Below the pieces are notes generated by a model. It was not told where the DNA came from and made no database searches. It worked only from the letters and a program-made list of their open reading frames with translations. The position numbers and the translations under genes were made by a program. A DNA stretch of 64,000 nucleotides from Antechinus flavipes (taxonomy: Eukaryota): contig NC_067400.1 in assembly GCF_016432865.1 (NCBI RefSeq), positions 295,864,001 to 295,928,000 on the forward strand, written 5' to 3'. The stretch's first letter is position 1; every line of letters begins with the position of its first letter. Positions 48,200 through 62,559 of the stretch are shown here, piece after piece.

Positions 48200-50640
48200 C
48201 TATATGAGAGAAAGAAAGAGGTGCTGAAGTTATAATGGAGGTCCTTGGTTTGCTGCTTATTTTATTGGAAAGGTCATTAGTTTGTCCCCATTGCATATAA
48301 TGCTAACTACTGATTTTTAGCTCAATAAGAACTACCACTGGATAAAAAAATTTATTTATTCCTACAATTTCTTTTTATTTTGACCAAAATGAGCATGGTA
48401 CTTTACCAAAAGCTGTTTTCATCACCATTTACATAATCACATGAATTTTATTATACTTGTTAGTAATATGGTCTAATATGCTTTTAGTTTCCTAATATTG
48501 AATTAACACTGCTTTTCTGATAAAAATCCAACTGACCATAATGCATAAAGTTTCTAATATGTTGCCATAGTCTATTTGCATTTAAGCCTTTTATTTGAAA
48601 ATTTCCTGGCAATGTTCATTGCTATATTATTCTTTAGCTTTTCTCTCTTTTGATTTTCCTTGGTTTATCTATAAAATATTTCTATCATAGAAGAAATTTA
48701 ATAGTATTGCCTCTTTTTATTTATTGCATATTCAACTGTATTGTATGTGATTGGATCTTTTTTAACAAAAAATCTATTTTGAGGCAGCTATGGCATAGTG
48801 GACAGAGCACCAGTCCTAAAGTCAGGAGGACCTGAGTTCAAATCTAGCCTCAGACACTTAACACTTCCTAGCTGTGTGACCCTATCACTTAACCCTAATT
48901 GCTTCAGCAAAAATAAATAAATAAACAAATAAAAATCGATTTTATGGTCCATTAATTTGTAATTGGGGGTAAATATATATTCATGTCATTTGATGTACAT
49001 TTTATTGACATATAGTTGAACAAAATAATTTCTGATGGTTTCCTTTTCCCCCATTTCTTTTCAATTTTCTTTATAATGGTTTATTTCAGTCATTTAATTT
49101 TCCTCATCTTAATCAAAGTATCTAATAGTTTATCTATCTTATTGTTTTTTAATCATCTTCTAGTTTGAGTTATCAGTTCCTCTTTTTATTTGTTTTCAAT
49201 TTGTTCATCTCTTTAATGTTCTGAATATCTATCTTTTTCTCTTTTAGCATATGATATTTGAAACATTCCACTCCTTTTTAGTCTCAGTTGCTAAATCTCG
49301 TATGAACCTTGGTGGGGTTGCTTGTTTGTAATGGGTCTAGGAAGTCTCCATTCATAAATTCTTGAAATATTTTATGTAGATTCTTTTTTAGTCATAGATT
49401 TAAGATGGTCCCATAGTTCCTAAATTATCTTTCCTTAATCATATTAATCAGTTGTTTATGAAATGAGATACCTTATATTTTCTTCTCTTTCATGAGTCTT
49501 TTGACTTATTTAATAGTTCTTGTTGTATCATAGAGTTAGCTTCTATTTGGTTCATTGTAATTTTTTAATTTCTGTTATTTATGTAAGTTTTTAAATCTTT
49601 TACTAAACTGTTATTTCTGCTTCCAAGTGTTTACTCCAATACTTATTTGCTTTTTAATTCTTTGCTCTAGCACTCATTTCCTTTAAAAATAATTTTATAA
49701 TTTCTTAAACTGTTTATTTTTTTTCCCAAAATTCTGGTTGTGGTATAGCTATATTTTGTGTGAGCCTTTGCTTATTGATTTTTGGAGTTATTCCTTTCTT
49801 CCAAATTTGTCTTACATATATCTGGTACCATAATAGCTTCTGATACTAAGATTCTGATACTGGATCCTTCCAGCATGACTTCCCAAACTTAAAGTTTTTG
49901 CTAAGGCCTGGATCTTTACATTTCTGGAGAAAATTTTGGGGTCCTGTTTATTTTACTTTTATTGCATACAGAATCCTGTTGCTTCTTTCTCCAGGAGTTG
50001 AATGATATAATCTTCAAAAATCCCAAGTACAGCTCAGGCTGATCATTTATAAGCTTTCAGTACCTCCATCTGATCTTATTTAGGGCCAAGTATGTTTACT
50101 GCTCTCTTTCTCTGAATTTTGCAAATTCCTGGACTCACTTTAGAAGTCTAGATTTGGGTAAAACTATGGTTGTCTCTGGTTGGAATAGCAGTCTACTGCT
50201 GCTAGTTCCCATTATTAAATATCAGAAAGCTACATGGTTTCAAAATAGATCTCTTCTCTCTCCCTTCTTCTAAACTCACATCCGTGGTTACTCAGCTTTA
50301 GGCTTGTGCTTCATTCATAAACCTACTCTACAATGAGTGCCACATAATTTCTACAAACTTTTGTCCTTGATTCTTGGATAGTAGATGGTCTCAGATTAGG
50401 TCTGAACTCAATCCATTTCTTAATTAGCTTCTTACCTATCTCTGCATATCTCTCCTTATTCCATGTTGTATCCATTGTCCAGGTCTAGAGTTGTAGCTAC
50501 TGCTCCCTTTTCTTCTTTTCTGAACTGGAAAAATGACTCAGTGTTTAGTCTTTGATTTTCTGATCATGACTCAACCTGTCGCTTTTCCTGGGTCTTTAAG
50601 TAATTGTACAGGGAAGCCATTCTTTCATCTTGCCAAGACT
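48200..50640 (-). mobile_element. Old degraded LINE-1 (antisense)
   Basis: Long T-rich stretch with antisense L1-like motifs (tttgtcccca...ataatgctaact, atgagataccttatattttcttc). Confidence 0.5.
48781..48931 (+). mobile_element. WSINE1-type tRNA-derived SINE
   Basis: gaggcagcta...agtggacagagcaccag (A box) ...gagttcaaatctagcc (B box) ...ctagctgtgtgaccct; (A/AAAT)n tail; TSD AAAAATC(T/G)ATTT. Confidence 0.92.
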
Positions 50641-51869
50641 TCCTAAAGCTTATAACTTCTTAAATATAATTTAAGGCAGCCCTTAATAAAGACACCGTGC
50701 ATGGTTTGGTTTGGGTTTTTTGTTTGTTTTTTTTGTTCTTGCTTTATGAGGGAAGTTCATTAATATGAGGACATACTAACATGGAATTTCTCCCCAATGT
50801 TGCAGATTAGCAACTGCTTTATAATGTCTAGTCTTAGAGAGTTTTCTGAGGCAGCGAGGAGTGAAGTGACAAGCCCATATTCACATAGTATGGGTCAAAA
50901 TTTGTACTGATGTTCTCCTGACTCTGATGTGAACACTACATACAGTACAACACACTCAGCATTTTCTAAAATAAAGTATGAGTTAAATAAGTCGCGAAAT
51001 CTTAAAATATTAGAAAGGATTTTAGGCATCCTCTCATCCAACTCCTTAGCCAATGCTTGAATTCCTTCTATAGAATTTCTGAAAAAATACTGACTATGTC
51101 TGCCTTGACAACTTTCCCTGAAGGGGAGTTCATTGCTACAGGAAACAAACCTCAACTTACCTTTCTACCTATCAAAATGAAGTCATGCAGTCAAACCAGT
51201 GTTGAACATGTAACTAAAGGATCTTGATGTAAATCTTGATTCTATTATTTCCCTTCATTCTAAACTCGTCACATAACCTGTCTATACCTCAGTTTCCTCA
51301 GCTATAAAATAAAGAGATTGAACTAGATGACCTCTAAGGTCCCTTCCATCTCTATAGTTATGAGACCATGAGATTAACCTCAGAACAGCATACTATAGTT
51401 GAATTTAAAAAAAAATTAAACATCATCAACATTCTTGTATATTTTCCTAAAATTTCAGCAGAGATAGCTATATTCCTCATTAATAGTAATATCTTTACCC
51501 TTATTTCTATCTTCTCAAGGTTCATTTATGTTTTCATTTCACTAGATACTCCTTCACAATCATGTATCTTGAATTTCTCACCAATAGCTTCTTTCTTTCT
51601 GCCTATAAATATGACCCTACATCCTCAGTCTCTTAAAATAGAATTTTATTTTTTTCCTTTTTATTAGAAACTTAACAATAATCACCAAGCATAAATGTTT
51701 TAAAAAGTCAACAAGAAAGATAATTATATAGGAAAGGATATGCTATTTATCTTTTAATATTATGTATCATATATGTACATATCTAAGCTAATATGTAATT
51801 TAATGAAGGAATAAAAAATTGCTGTGTCCCCTTTTGCACTTTATTTAAATAAACACATACATGCATTCC

Positions 51870-52700
51870 AAGTTAACAAGCATTTATTAAGTATTTACTA
51901 TATGCCAAATACTGGGCTAAGGGCTGAGAATAAAAAGAAGGGCAAAAGACAGCCCCTGTTCTCAAAGAATCCAGCCTAATGAGAGAGACAACATGAAAAC
52001 AATTACATTCAAGTAAGCTATAAAGAAGAGAAATTAGTACTAATCTCAGTGGTAAAGCACCAAGATTAATGCGAATAGCAAAGGGCTTCCTGTAAAAGTA
52101 AGACATTCACTGAAACTTCAAGGAAGCAAGGAAGATAGAAATAAAAAAAGGAGAGTGATCCAATTATGCTCCATAGCTAGGGAAAATACATAGAGGAGGG
52201 AGATGGAGTTTTACAGGTGGAATCCTGTGAATCTCAGAATATATGGGTGGAAATAACTAAGTTGTAAAAATACTGAAAAAGTAGAAAGGAATCAAGATAT
52301 TACAAATTTAAAAGCCAACAAGAAGATTTTATATCTGACCCAGGAAGGCAGGTTTATTCAATAGATTTTATTGAATGAGGTATGGGTATAAATGACATGG
52401 TCAAACTTGCCCTTCAGGAAGTTTGACAACTGACTAGAGAATGGACTGGAGTGAAGAAAATTTTTAAAAAGAAAGACCATATCAGAAGGCTAATGCCATG
52501 AGATGATGAGGACCTACACATAGGTGGGAGCAATGTTAGAAAAAAGAAAAGAATGTACATTCATAAGAGATGTGTTACAAAGATAGGACTTGACAATTGA
52601 TTAGATAAGTGAGTGGAAAGGTAAGAGAGAACAAGTCAAAGATGATACCTAGATTTTGATTCTGAGTGATTGGGAGGAGGGTGATACCCTTGACAATTAT
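51870..52700 (-). mobile_element. L2 3' region
   Basis: aacaagcatttattaagtatttactatatgccaaatactgggctaagggctgag. Confidence 0.75.
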
Positions 52701-52905
52701 ATGGAAGTAATGTTATATGTAGTCAATAAAAATATCTGAAAAGTCATGCCTCATTTTGCTCTAGTATTCAAGTCTTCCATTTCTTTCATTCTATTCAGTT
52801 AGTGTCCTATATTGCTTTTTCTCTTAATGCTAAATTTCTTCCAAAGTAATCCAATTTCAATACCTCAATCACATGCATCTAATTTTATCATTATTCTAAA
52901 ATAGC

Positions 52906-53430
52906 TTTCTTTCTTTTTTCTTTTTTTTTTTTAATTTTTAAATAACTTTTTATTGACAGAACCCATGCCAGGGTAATTTTTTACAACATTATCCCTTGCA
53001 CTCACTTCTGTTCCAATTTTTCTCCTCCCTTCTTTCACCCCCTCCTCCAGAGGGCAAGCAGTCCTATACATGTTAAATAGGTTACAGTATATCCTAGATA
53101 CAATATATGTGTGCAAAACCGAACAGTTCTCTTGTTGCACAGGGAGAATTGGATTCAAAAGGTATAAATAACCCGGAAAGAAAAACAAAAATGCAAGCAG
53201 TTTATATTCATTTCCCAGTGTTCTTTCTTTGGGTGTAGCTACTTCTGTCCATCCTTGATCAATTGAAACTGAATTAGATCTCTTTATTGAAGAGATCCAC
53301 TTCCATCAGAATACATCCTCATACGGTATCATTGTTAAGGTATACAATGATCTCCTGGTTCTGCTCATTTCACTTAGTATTAGTTCATGTAAATCTCGCC
53401 AGTCCTCTCTGTATTCATCCTGCTAGTCAT
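52906..53430 (-). mobile_element. Young 5'-truncated LINE-1 (antisense)
   Basis: Reverse complement of the 3914/27433 3' ends; poly-T at left; TSD unclear. Confidence 0.94.
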
Positions 53431-53459
53431 AAAATACTATTCTTAAATATTTCTTAAAG

Positions 53460-54000
53460 GTTATTTCCTAATCAAATGACCATTTTCTCAGTCATCATCG
53501 TTGACCTTTCTATAGAATTTAGGACTATTAAATACTGGTCCTTGAGAGTATTTTCTCTTCCTTTAGCTTCACAGATTTTATACCTTTCTGGTTCATCTGG
53601 TTTTCCTTGTTTCTTTCTAACTACTCCTCTTCTGTCTCCACTGACCTTTATTATCTTCCCAGATTTCCAGATTCAAGATATTGTCTTCTGAATTATTTTT
53701 CTCTATTCTCTTTGCACTCTCTCCCTTGACAATATTATCATATGTTAGGCCCTTAAGAAATGTTTGTTGAATCTCATGAACTTCCACCACTTTGACTACC
53801 ACAGAGATTCCAAAATATATATCTCCAACTGTAATCTTATTTCTCAGTTCTAGCTTCACATCTCCAGTTACATATTCAATGTCTTCACCTGGATGTCCCA
53901 CAGATAAACTGAAATTCCCAAAGTTAAACCTGAATTACCACATTTTCTTTACTCTGACTACTTCTGTCCATGGTGCTATGTACCAAGCCTCTCACTGACT
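53460..54000 (+). mobile_element. L2 ORF2/3' fragment
   Basis: gattccaaaatatatatctcc...tagcttcacatctcc...tcacctggatgtccc. Confidence 0.65.
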
Positions 54001-54229
54001 GAATTTTTTTCCTTCTGCTTTCTGAAAGGAAGGAAAAAAAATGTAGTAAATAAGATTAAGAATAGACTAAGAATAAAGCTATAAATTTAATTCTTTCCTA
54101 TTAAGGAAGACACTGAGCTCTTTCTTCAAGTTGAATTGTCAAGCATTCAAAGTCTACTGCAGAGAGCACAACTCCAAAGGGTTGGTCATTGGGATGGGTA
54201 GTTTAAATGAAAAAAAAATTACTTTTGCC

Positions 54230-54715
54230 TAAAATACCATTTTATGAAGAACTCACACAAAGAAAGTGGTTCCATGATCACATGGAGGTCAGAAGATATA
54301 AGTGATACAAAGATATTCTCAAATATCTTTGGAATTCATTGTGAGACATGGGAAATATTAGCATAGACTATCCCAGCATGGTATGCCTTTATCAAAGGAA
54401 GTGTTAAGCTCTATGAGAATTACACTAGTTCAAAAGAAATGTGAGATGCACAAATTTAGAGACATCACTTCTCTTGAATGGTTTATTTGTGCCTGACCTG
54501 TGCTAAAATCCTCTGAGCTCATATTAGTCTGATCATAGTCTGATCCGTCAAAAACAAACAAAAAACTGTGAAAGTAGTCCCTGAGAAATATTGGGCTTAA
54601 ATCTAAATTGGCTTAATTAGTAGAATATTCAGTTTTGCAAACACTTTAGATACACTGTATATTGACCCCAACATGAGGATGTCATTTTGGTCCTCTTCTA
54701 GAAGGAAGGATAAAA
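54230..54715 (+). mobile_element. RTE LINE 3' fragment interrupted by a ~100-bp insert (54550-54647)
   Basis: gctcatattagtctgatc...|agatacactg...gtcattttggtcctcttctagaaggaagga. Confidence 0.75.
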
Positions 54716-55009
54716 ACTAAATTCTGCCTCTGACATTAGTTACATAATTCTGGGAAAGTTATTTAACCTCTCTATATTTATGTTTCCTTATCTTTTACAT
54801 GAATGAGATTACAGTTAATAACTTGAAGTCCCTTTGAGTTCAAAATCTATGACTCTAAGATTATATCAATGATCAAATCTCATTGTTTCTACTTATACCA
54901 TATTGCCAGGTTTTGTTCTCTCCCATGTTTTTTTTTTTTTTTTGCTCAAAACCCTTCAAATGTGCTTCATTACTGTCTAATGAATAAGTTTCAATAAGTG
55001 AATAAGTGA

Positions 55010-56420
55010 TTCCTGACTGCAATCCAAGGACCATTGCCCTATGGAATATCATTTTCTAGGCACTTCGAGTCCTTAAAATGGAAATTGCTAGGTCTTGAAT
55101 AATCCTATTTTAGCTCTGTGAAATTTGAATTATTTCTTTCTGACTACTTGCAGCATTTTCTCTTTTATCTGATAATGCTGAAATTTAGCTACGATATTCC
55201 TTGGAGTTTTCATTTTGAGGTCTCTTTCAGGAAGTGATTGGTGAATTCTTCCAATATTTCTTTTACTTTCTAGTTCTAAATTATCTTGGCAGTCTTGAAA
55301 GGTATTATCTAGGCTTTTCTTTTTAATCATGGGTTTTTAAATATTCAAATAATTCTTAGATTGTCTCTTCTGGATCTATTTTCCAGGTCACTTGTTCTTC
55401 CAGTGAGTTATTTTATATTCTTTTCTATTTTTTTGAATTTTTTTTTTTTTTGGTTTTGTTTGACTGATTCTTGATGTCTCATTGAGTCATTCATCTCCAT
55501 TTCTTCAATTCTAATTTTTAGTGAATTTTTTTTAAGTTAGCTTTTTTTTTAACCTCCTTTTGCATTTGACCAATTGAACTTTTAAATGAGTTGTTTAGTT
55601 CATTGGATTTTTTTTTCCATTTCAGCAATTCTATTTTTTAAAAAGTTGTTCTCTTTTTCTATTTCACCAATTCTGTTTTTTAAAAGAGGAGTTTTCTTTT
55701 CTCCATTTCAACAAATCTATTTGTAAGTAGTTGTACACTTTTTCCATTTTGCCAAATCTATTTTTAAGGAGTTTTCTTCAGATAACTTTTTTTTGTTTCC
55801 TTTTCTGAACTGTCCTGTGAAAACTCTCATTTCCTTTCCACATATTTTTCCAATTCTTTTTTAAGATTCTTTTTGAATTTTCTTAGAGAGCCTTTTGAGT
55901 TGGAGATCAACTAATATCACCTTTTGAGGAATAAATTGGAGACATTTTGACTTTAGTGTCCTTGTCCTTCTCTGTCTCCATAACAGCTATCTATGACCAG
56001 ATTTTTTTTTTTTGCATTTTTGCTCATTTTTAAAGGTCAAGGTCAGCTATTAGGAAGATTGTTCCAATCTTCATCTACAGGAATACAGAGACTTCATATC
56101 TCCCTGGGATGAGACTTCCTTCCCATGCTGAGTGGGTGTTTTCAAGTCCTATATTATACTGGAATTCAGGGGCTCACTATTTTCTTTTTGTAGTTATGTT
56201 GGAGGTCTCACAGCTTGTCTGCTGATCATTGGCTTCTGCACTAGGACATAGTAGACAATGCTACTGTATTTTGGCTTAGAGCCTCCAAAAGATGTTCCTA
56301 ATGACTCTGCAACCTGGTTCTCCTTGTGCTATGTGTTCAAAATCTTCTTAGATTCTTGATCTGGTGTTGATCTGAGAGATTAACAGAAGAGCTCAGACAA
56401 AAGGCTATGTACCCTCTGCC
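55010..56420 (-). mobile_element. Old LINE-1 5' portion (ORF1), antisense
   Basis: IGRIHQSLPERDLKMKTPRNIVAKFQHYQIKEKMLQVVRKK corresponds to the L1 ORF1p RRM/CTD region. Confidence 0.85.
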
Positions 56421-57549
56421 ATCTTGACTCTGCCCCCTAATTTATTCATTTCAAAAAGCAAACTATCCTATAACATTTGTTTATTTCTTTACTTATTTTC
56501 TATCTTGGTTAAAAAAAAAAAAAAAAGATGCACGAGCAATCTGATCTCAATATACATATACAGTGATGAAAGAAATAAAAAAATTAAACATCTGATTGCC
56601 TCTCTGAACCACATGGATAAACCAAAAATTATAAAGAATAGTTTGGAATAATTTTAACAAGATCAGCTCTTTTATATTTGGTCATAGACTTGATTTCTGT
56701 ATAGAGAAGACTTTGTTTCTGAAATTAAGATTACTCCTACATGAATATCTTATCTGGATTTTTTCTGCCATCCAAAGCTAAGTGTCATTTGAAAAGAATT
56801 AAAATCACAACCAAAAATCAGAATAAGTGGTAACATGTCTCAAAGAAGTATGATGTTATAAGATACCATGGTAGAAGTAAGAAAGTATTATTATATGTTA
56901 CAAAGGCATCTTTTTTGGGAAACATTCTGAACAAAAACCAGAATAAGCTACATTTTTAGCAAGCTTAGGAAATCCAAGATAATGGTCATTATAGCTGTCT
57001 GTTAGAGCTGCCTGTCAAGGTAGCTCTTGAGAATTAATTCTAGGACAAGCCCCAGAAAGGAAAACAAAAAGAGAAGAATTTATGAAACAAACAAACAAAA
57101 ACTCTGTGGAAGTGGTCCTTTAGAAGTATTGGGTTTAAATCTAAATTGGCTTAATTAGTGTAATGCTCAATTATGCAAACACTTTGCTTTTGCTAACAAC
57201 CATGTTGAAGTTGTCTTTGAGAAATAGTTTCTATTAACCCTTATATAGTCACTGGGAGAAAATAATAGTAATGATTTAAATCTGAATTTCAAAAACAAAA
57301 AGAAGTGCTAACCTCTCCAATCCTTTTGGAAAGTTGTCTATTTTCATATACTTTTTTATTTTGATGGAGATTCTTACTGGGGGCAGTGGGTGAGAAGTAA
57401 TCCCTTTTTGCTTTCCTTTTTTCACTCCTTCATTCCTTTCTTCCTTCCCTCCATCTGTCCACATAGGTTACCATACCCTAAACTAAAGATGCTTTTATAT
57501 TTTTCTCTTTTGCACCTCTGAACCCTCCCAAGATATCTTGGAGTTTACT

Positions 57550-58080
57550 GATAAATTTCTTTCTCAAGAACCATGCCTTAAACCAAAACCAAACTGATTC
57601 TCATTGGCCATCAGTAGGTCCTAGGCCAAGGCTCATCTGTTCATTGTGTGGGTCCTAATTGCCTCAGACTGAATGAAAATAGTAATCATTTCTGCTTGGG
57701 CCAGAAACCCTGAAGGAATACTCCCAGATTTATTTATTTATTGGTTTGTTTGTTTAGATTTTTTTGGACTAGGTGAAAGAGGAGATTCTTTGCCTCAATT
57801 GCCACTCAACCTTAATTACTGAACCAGTACAGACTCAGTCTAACTGAAACCTGTGGAAGACCTTAGCTTAAAAAGACCAAGGTCTCCCATTTCATCCAGG
57901 TCCATCTCTAGTACTCTTGATCTGTATCTGTACACTAGACCCAAATGGCTCAGGAGGGGAAAGTAAGGCAGATAACCTTGCACAGAACTTCCCTAGCTTA
58001 AATCTAATTCACTTGCATGTCATGGCATCACCTCCCTGATGTCATGGTTCTCTTTGAGAAGGAAGGACAAACAGCAACAG
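57550..58080 (+). mobile_element. RTE-tailed SINE (WALLSI4-like)
   Basis: Homologous to 47060-47375; ends ggttctctttgagaaggaaggacaaacagcaac. Confidence 0.75.
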
Positions 58081-59139
58081 AGAATAACATTAGTAAAAAA
58101 GAAAATGAAAATAAGTTTCAATAATAGTACCAGAATACTTAATAAAGCTATTGAAAATGTATCTTATTATTTTTCTACATCTTTTATGTTCTTACTGAGC
58201 AGAACATTTAGTGCTAAAATTCCTTATAGCAATGAACATGGATAACTCCTTTGTTGCCTGAGCAAAATGGGAGTCACTTGTTCATGGTCATAAAGTTTGA
58301 ACAAGCAAAACTTAAATGCAAGTCCTCATGATTCATGGATAGGCTCTTTATACCCTTCATCTTGTCTTTCATTATGAAGACTAATAATTGGGATTGATCA
58401 TATATAGAGCAAGTTTAAAATCCATATGCCACTTAGCTATAACATTTCTTTCAATGGAGTCTTTGTCATCTTTTTCCTCACCAAATCAAATGGATTTTTA
58501 TTTGTTCTCCTTCTGAACCACACTTTTGCTTTTTAATTTATATTCTTTGTAATCTCAGTTTATGATAATTCTATACTTCTTTTGCTTTTCTCATGCTCTT
58601 TTAATTTCTCTTTTTTTGCTTGAGATTCTCCTTTTTCTCTTTTGCTATTGGCTACTTGAAGCAGATAACTTCTCACTTTTAATACTTATTGACTTATAGA
58701 TTGAATTCATTCAATGGTTTCATTGACATAGAAGTGGATCATGTTCACATCTATGTAGCCAGCCCAAATCCCTTATTCTCATTAGATACTGAAAGAGGAT
58801 GATTTCTAGAAAACATATAAAAAGGAATATAAAATAATACATGAAAGATAAATAGATTAAAGAATATAAATTCTACTCAATGCAACAGAAAGTAAGCTCT
58901 TTAAGGGCAGGCAAGTTTTTTTTTTTTTGTTTGTTTGTTTGTTTGTTTTGTTTTTTTTAATCTTTAATGATTGCATCCCAGTGGCTTTGGGTTTTTCAAT
59001 CTATGTTGACTATTCTGTCTTTAAGTCTGACCTAAAGATCATCTCTTTGCTTTCACCATTATTAACTTTCTTCAAAAGCCTTTCTGCTTAGGATTGGAAG
59101 TATTAGGAGAACTCTGATTTATCTATTTTTTCTTCTGGC

Positions 59140-59370
59140 TTTTTCCCTCTGGTATAGTGGAAAGAGAGAGCTGGACTTGCAATCAAGAAAGACCTGGGTT
59201 TTCCTGTTATACTTCCTGTGATACTATGAAAAAGCCTCTCTCAGAGGCTTCTGATTCTTCACCTGTAAATGGGTATATTAATACCTGTAGTACTTAACTA
59301 TTAGGTCTCTTGTGAAGATTAAATCAAATAATATATGGAAAGCACGTAGCAAATTGGAAAGTTATTATCA
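59140..59370 (+). mobile_element. MIR SINE
   Basis: tggtatagtggaaagagagagctggacttgcaatcaagaaagacctgggtt...cacctgtaaatgggtatattaatacc. Confidence 0.75.
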
Positions 59371-62300
59371 ACTTTGAATATCTCTTTGTCTTGGCCTGCA
59401 TCCCATGAGTTGTGTGTAAAAAGACAGAGTTCACAGTAATTAACCATGTGATCCAAGCAACAGACCAGGTAAATCATAAGAAAAGAGGATACACAGTGGG
59501 TTACTTAGAAGAAAAGACATCAATCTGAACAAAAGAGAAAGCAGTAAATTTTCTATAAGTTGCTGAAGACATTTCAAATTTCAAAAGCCTTGGAAATACT
59601 TCTCAGAAGAGAATACAAAACATCAAAACAAAAGTTAATAGGAAAATGCACATTTGGGGTTGAACGTTAGAGAATACCAGTCATTTTACAGGTCAGTACT
59701 TTGTCTTTTCAAAACAGTTCAATTACCTAAAAACATCTACTTGCAAATAGCAGAATAGCAGGCATTCCAGCAGAGTTTTGCAAATCTGCTGTGCAAAAAT
59801 TCATGCCTTAAAAACAGCCCCTGGTTATAATATTGCTGAAAATATGTTGGGTATTTTCCAGATAAATAAAATATAAAAAAGCCTATTTTATTTGTATAAA
59901 TAAACCTATCTTAGCTTTTCATTTATTCAAGGATGTCTTTGTTCTATGGCATGCCCTTCAATAAAATTATAGCTTAGTTTTAAGAAGCCTACAATTTCAG
60001 GGCCTTACTTTTCTATGAGTTAGTTTTATCTTTTCTTGATTTAAAAACTATTCAGTGCAGTTAGGAAGCAGAGATGTAATTATACACATGCACACATACT
60101 TTCAGCATAATTTTATAGCCCCTATTAAATTTTTTAATTACATGCATTTGGGTATAAATAATAACCTAGAAACTTATCTAAATATTTTTTTCAAAAACAC
60201 CAGTAGCTACTATGAATAGAAAATGGCTTTATAATATTTGAGAAAATGTCTAAGCTTAGGACCCTAAAGTTAAAGTTTAATGTTTTGTGTAATTTTTAAT
60301 TCACTATATGTGAAATTTAAAGAATAAATTTCATATCCATTTTCTGGCAACTACCAGAAAATATATTCCCATGTGGAGAGAAAAAAAAACCCTGTAAAAG
60401 GCATCTTCTCTCTTTTTTATGAAAAGAATATAATTACATAAAACTGGTTTCAATTACACTAATTTCACTGTTTGATTATACTTATTTGTACTATCTTGGC
60501 CCAAATCATTGTAAATAGATGCAAAAGTTCTTCAAGTAAACTGAAAGTATATTTCCAATATAATTTAAGTAATTATAGTTTGAGTTATTTGAAATACAAC
60601 TAAAGTACCTCCCCAGGATTACTTCTACATAATTAGGAATGGCATAAATAGTCTTGATTAATTATATTTTGGGATAGTCATCTGCCTTTGAGCTATCATT
60701 GTTGTTCTTGATAATAGTAAAATAAATGCATGTTTGAATGAGATATATTTATTTATTTTTAAACCTCTTTGGAAAACTGTACCACAAACTATAAAATAGC
60801 AATGCAAAAATCCTCATAAAGGACCTCATTGCAAATCTTATTTGTTAGACATTTGAATGATATTATGCCACCATAGATCATGAGCCTGTGAGTGATAAGC
60901 TAAGAAGTGACAAATCATTTTGTCATGAATTTTCAATGGAACTGGTTTCAAACTTTTATCTCAATTCCCACCCTCATTTTCATCCTTGATTAGTCAAAAG
61001 ATAATAAATAATTTAGCAATGGTTTCTTCACATTCTGAAAATCAACTATATATATATATATATTGGAAGAGGATAATTACCACTACTACTCATAACAATA
61101 ATTCTGTTTTTATTTATTTACTGAAACTGTCACTAGCCTATCATCAGTAAGCTGATGATAAAAAAAAAGTTTGTTTTTTTTTTTAAATTCTGGTGGTTGA
61201 TTTGTATTTGTCCTTTTACATTCTCTTACTCATTCACTTATTGAACAAATACATGGCTTTGCAAGACAGCAAGAAAGGAACTTGAAGCAGGGAGACTAAT
61301 TATAATCTATTATATGTTTTCATAGAAGAATTATAAAAAGTCTGAATTAATATAGTAGCCAGAGGGTCAAAAAAGATGGGAGGAAGATGTGAAAATCATT
61401 GCAAAGGAATAAATGAGACTTGGACACTGATGGAATATGGGAGAAGGACTTAAATTTGATTCTGATATTTCAAGCCTTAATTTTGGGAATGGTACTACAG
61501 CTACTAAATTTATGAATTTGACAGTTGAGAAATGAAGATCGTAAATTTAAAGCTAGAAGGGATGTTATTAGTCATATAGACTCATTTCACATTGAAATTA
61601 AGTTTTAGAGAGGGAAATCACCTAGGATCACACAGATGCTACAGGCCTGAAACAGGATTCAAATCCAAATTTTTCTGAATTCAAGTTCAGCACCTTATCT
61701 ACTATGCCAATGTGTCAAACTTAAATAGAAAGGGAGTGGAAGGCATTAATCAATACATGCAGATCCCTATACACCCTACATTAATTTAGCATCAAAATGT
61801 GATACTAATTAATCTGGTTCCCACTGCAGTATTGTGGGTTGCAAGTATATGTCACATATTTGACACTTTTGCACTATAGGTACTGTTCTCCCTCTCTAGA
61901 TTATTTTTTTCCTTGATTAGGATAAATATATAAGAGGAGTAATATGTGAATGTTTTAATAATGAAAGAATCTCTCACTTTAACAAAATCTTAATGGATGG
62001 ATCCCTTTGAGTAAAATAAATATGGTTTTTCATCATCACCATCATCATAATTCCCTTTAATTATGAGTACCAAATAATGTACTTTGATATCTTGATGAAT
62101 CTATGAATCCATCATTGAGAATATACCTTTCAATGAGGACAATTTCTCTCATTTTCTTAAACTGAATGATTCTTGCCCATAGTTATCCATGAATCTTCAA
62201 TTTTGAATACTTATCCAACATGCCAGAGGACTTCAGTTATTCTAGTAGAAATATGAGATTCTAAATTTGGAGCTGGAGAAAGTAGTAAAGGTAAGATTTT

Positions 62301-62559
62301 TCAATTCCCTTATTTTAAAGATAAGGAAACCAAGGCTTGGTGAACTCTTCAAGGTCAAATGTACAGTAAATAAGAGAACTATTTTTACCTATGCCTAATT
62401 TCACATATTTTCATTAAATTGTCCCATAGTTCATGTATTACAATAAGGCATTAGGATTGTCCATTCATCCTTCACTATCTCTGTAAAATAGGCCTACTTC
62501 CTTATATGGATATCCTACTCCCTTTCTTCATTTTTTTTCTATTTCTCTCATTATTGGTA

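Noticed and set aside
48781-48860. tRNA-like A and B boxes
   Set aside because: SINE head with SINE body, A-rich tail and TSD; not a tRNA gene
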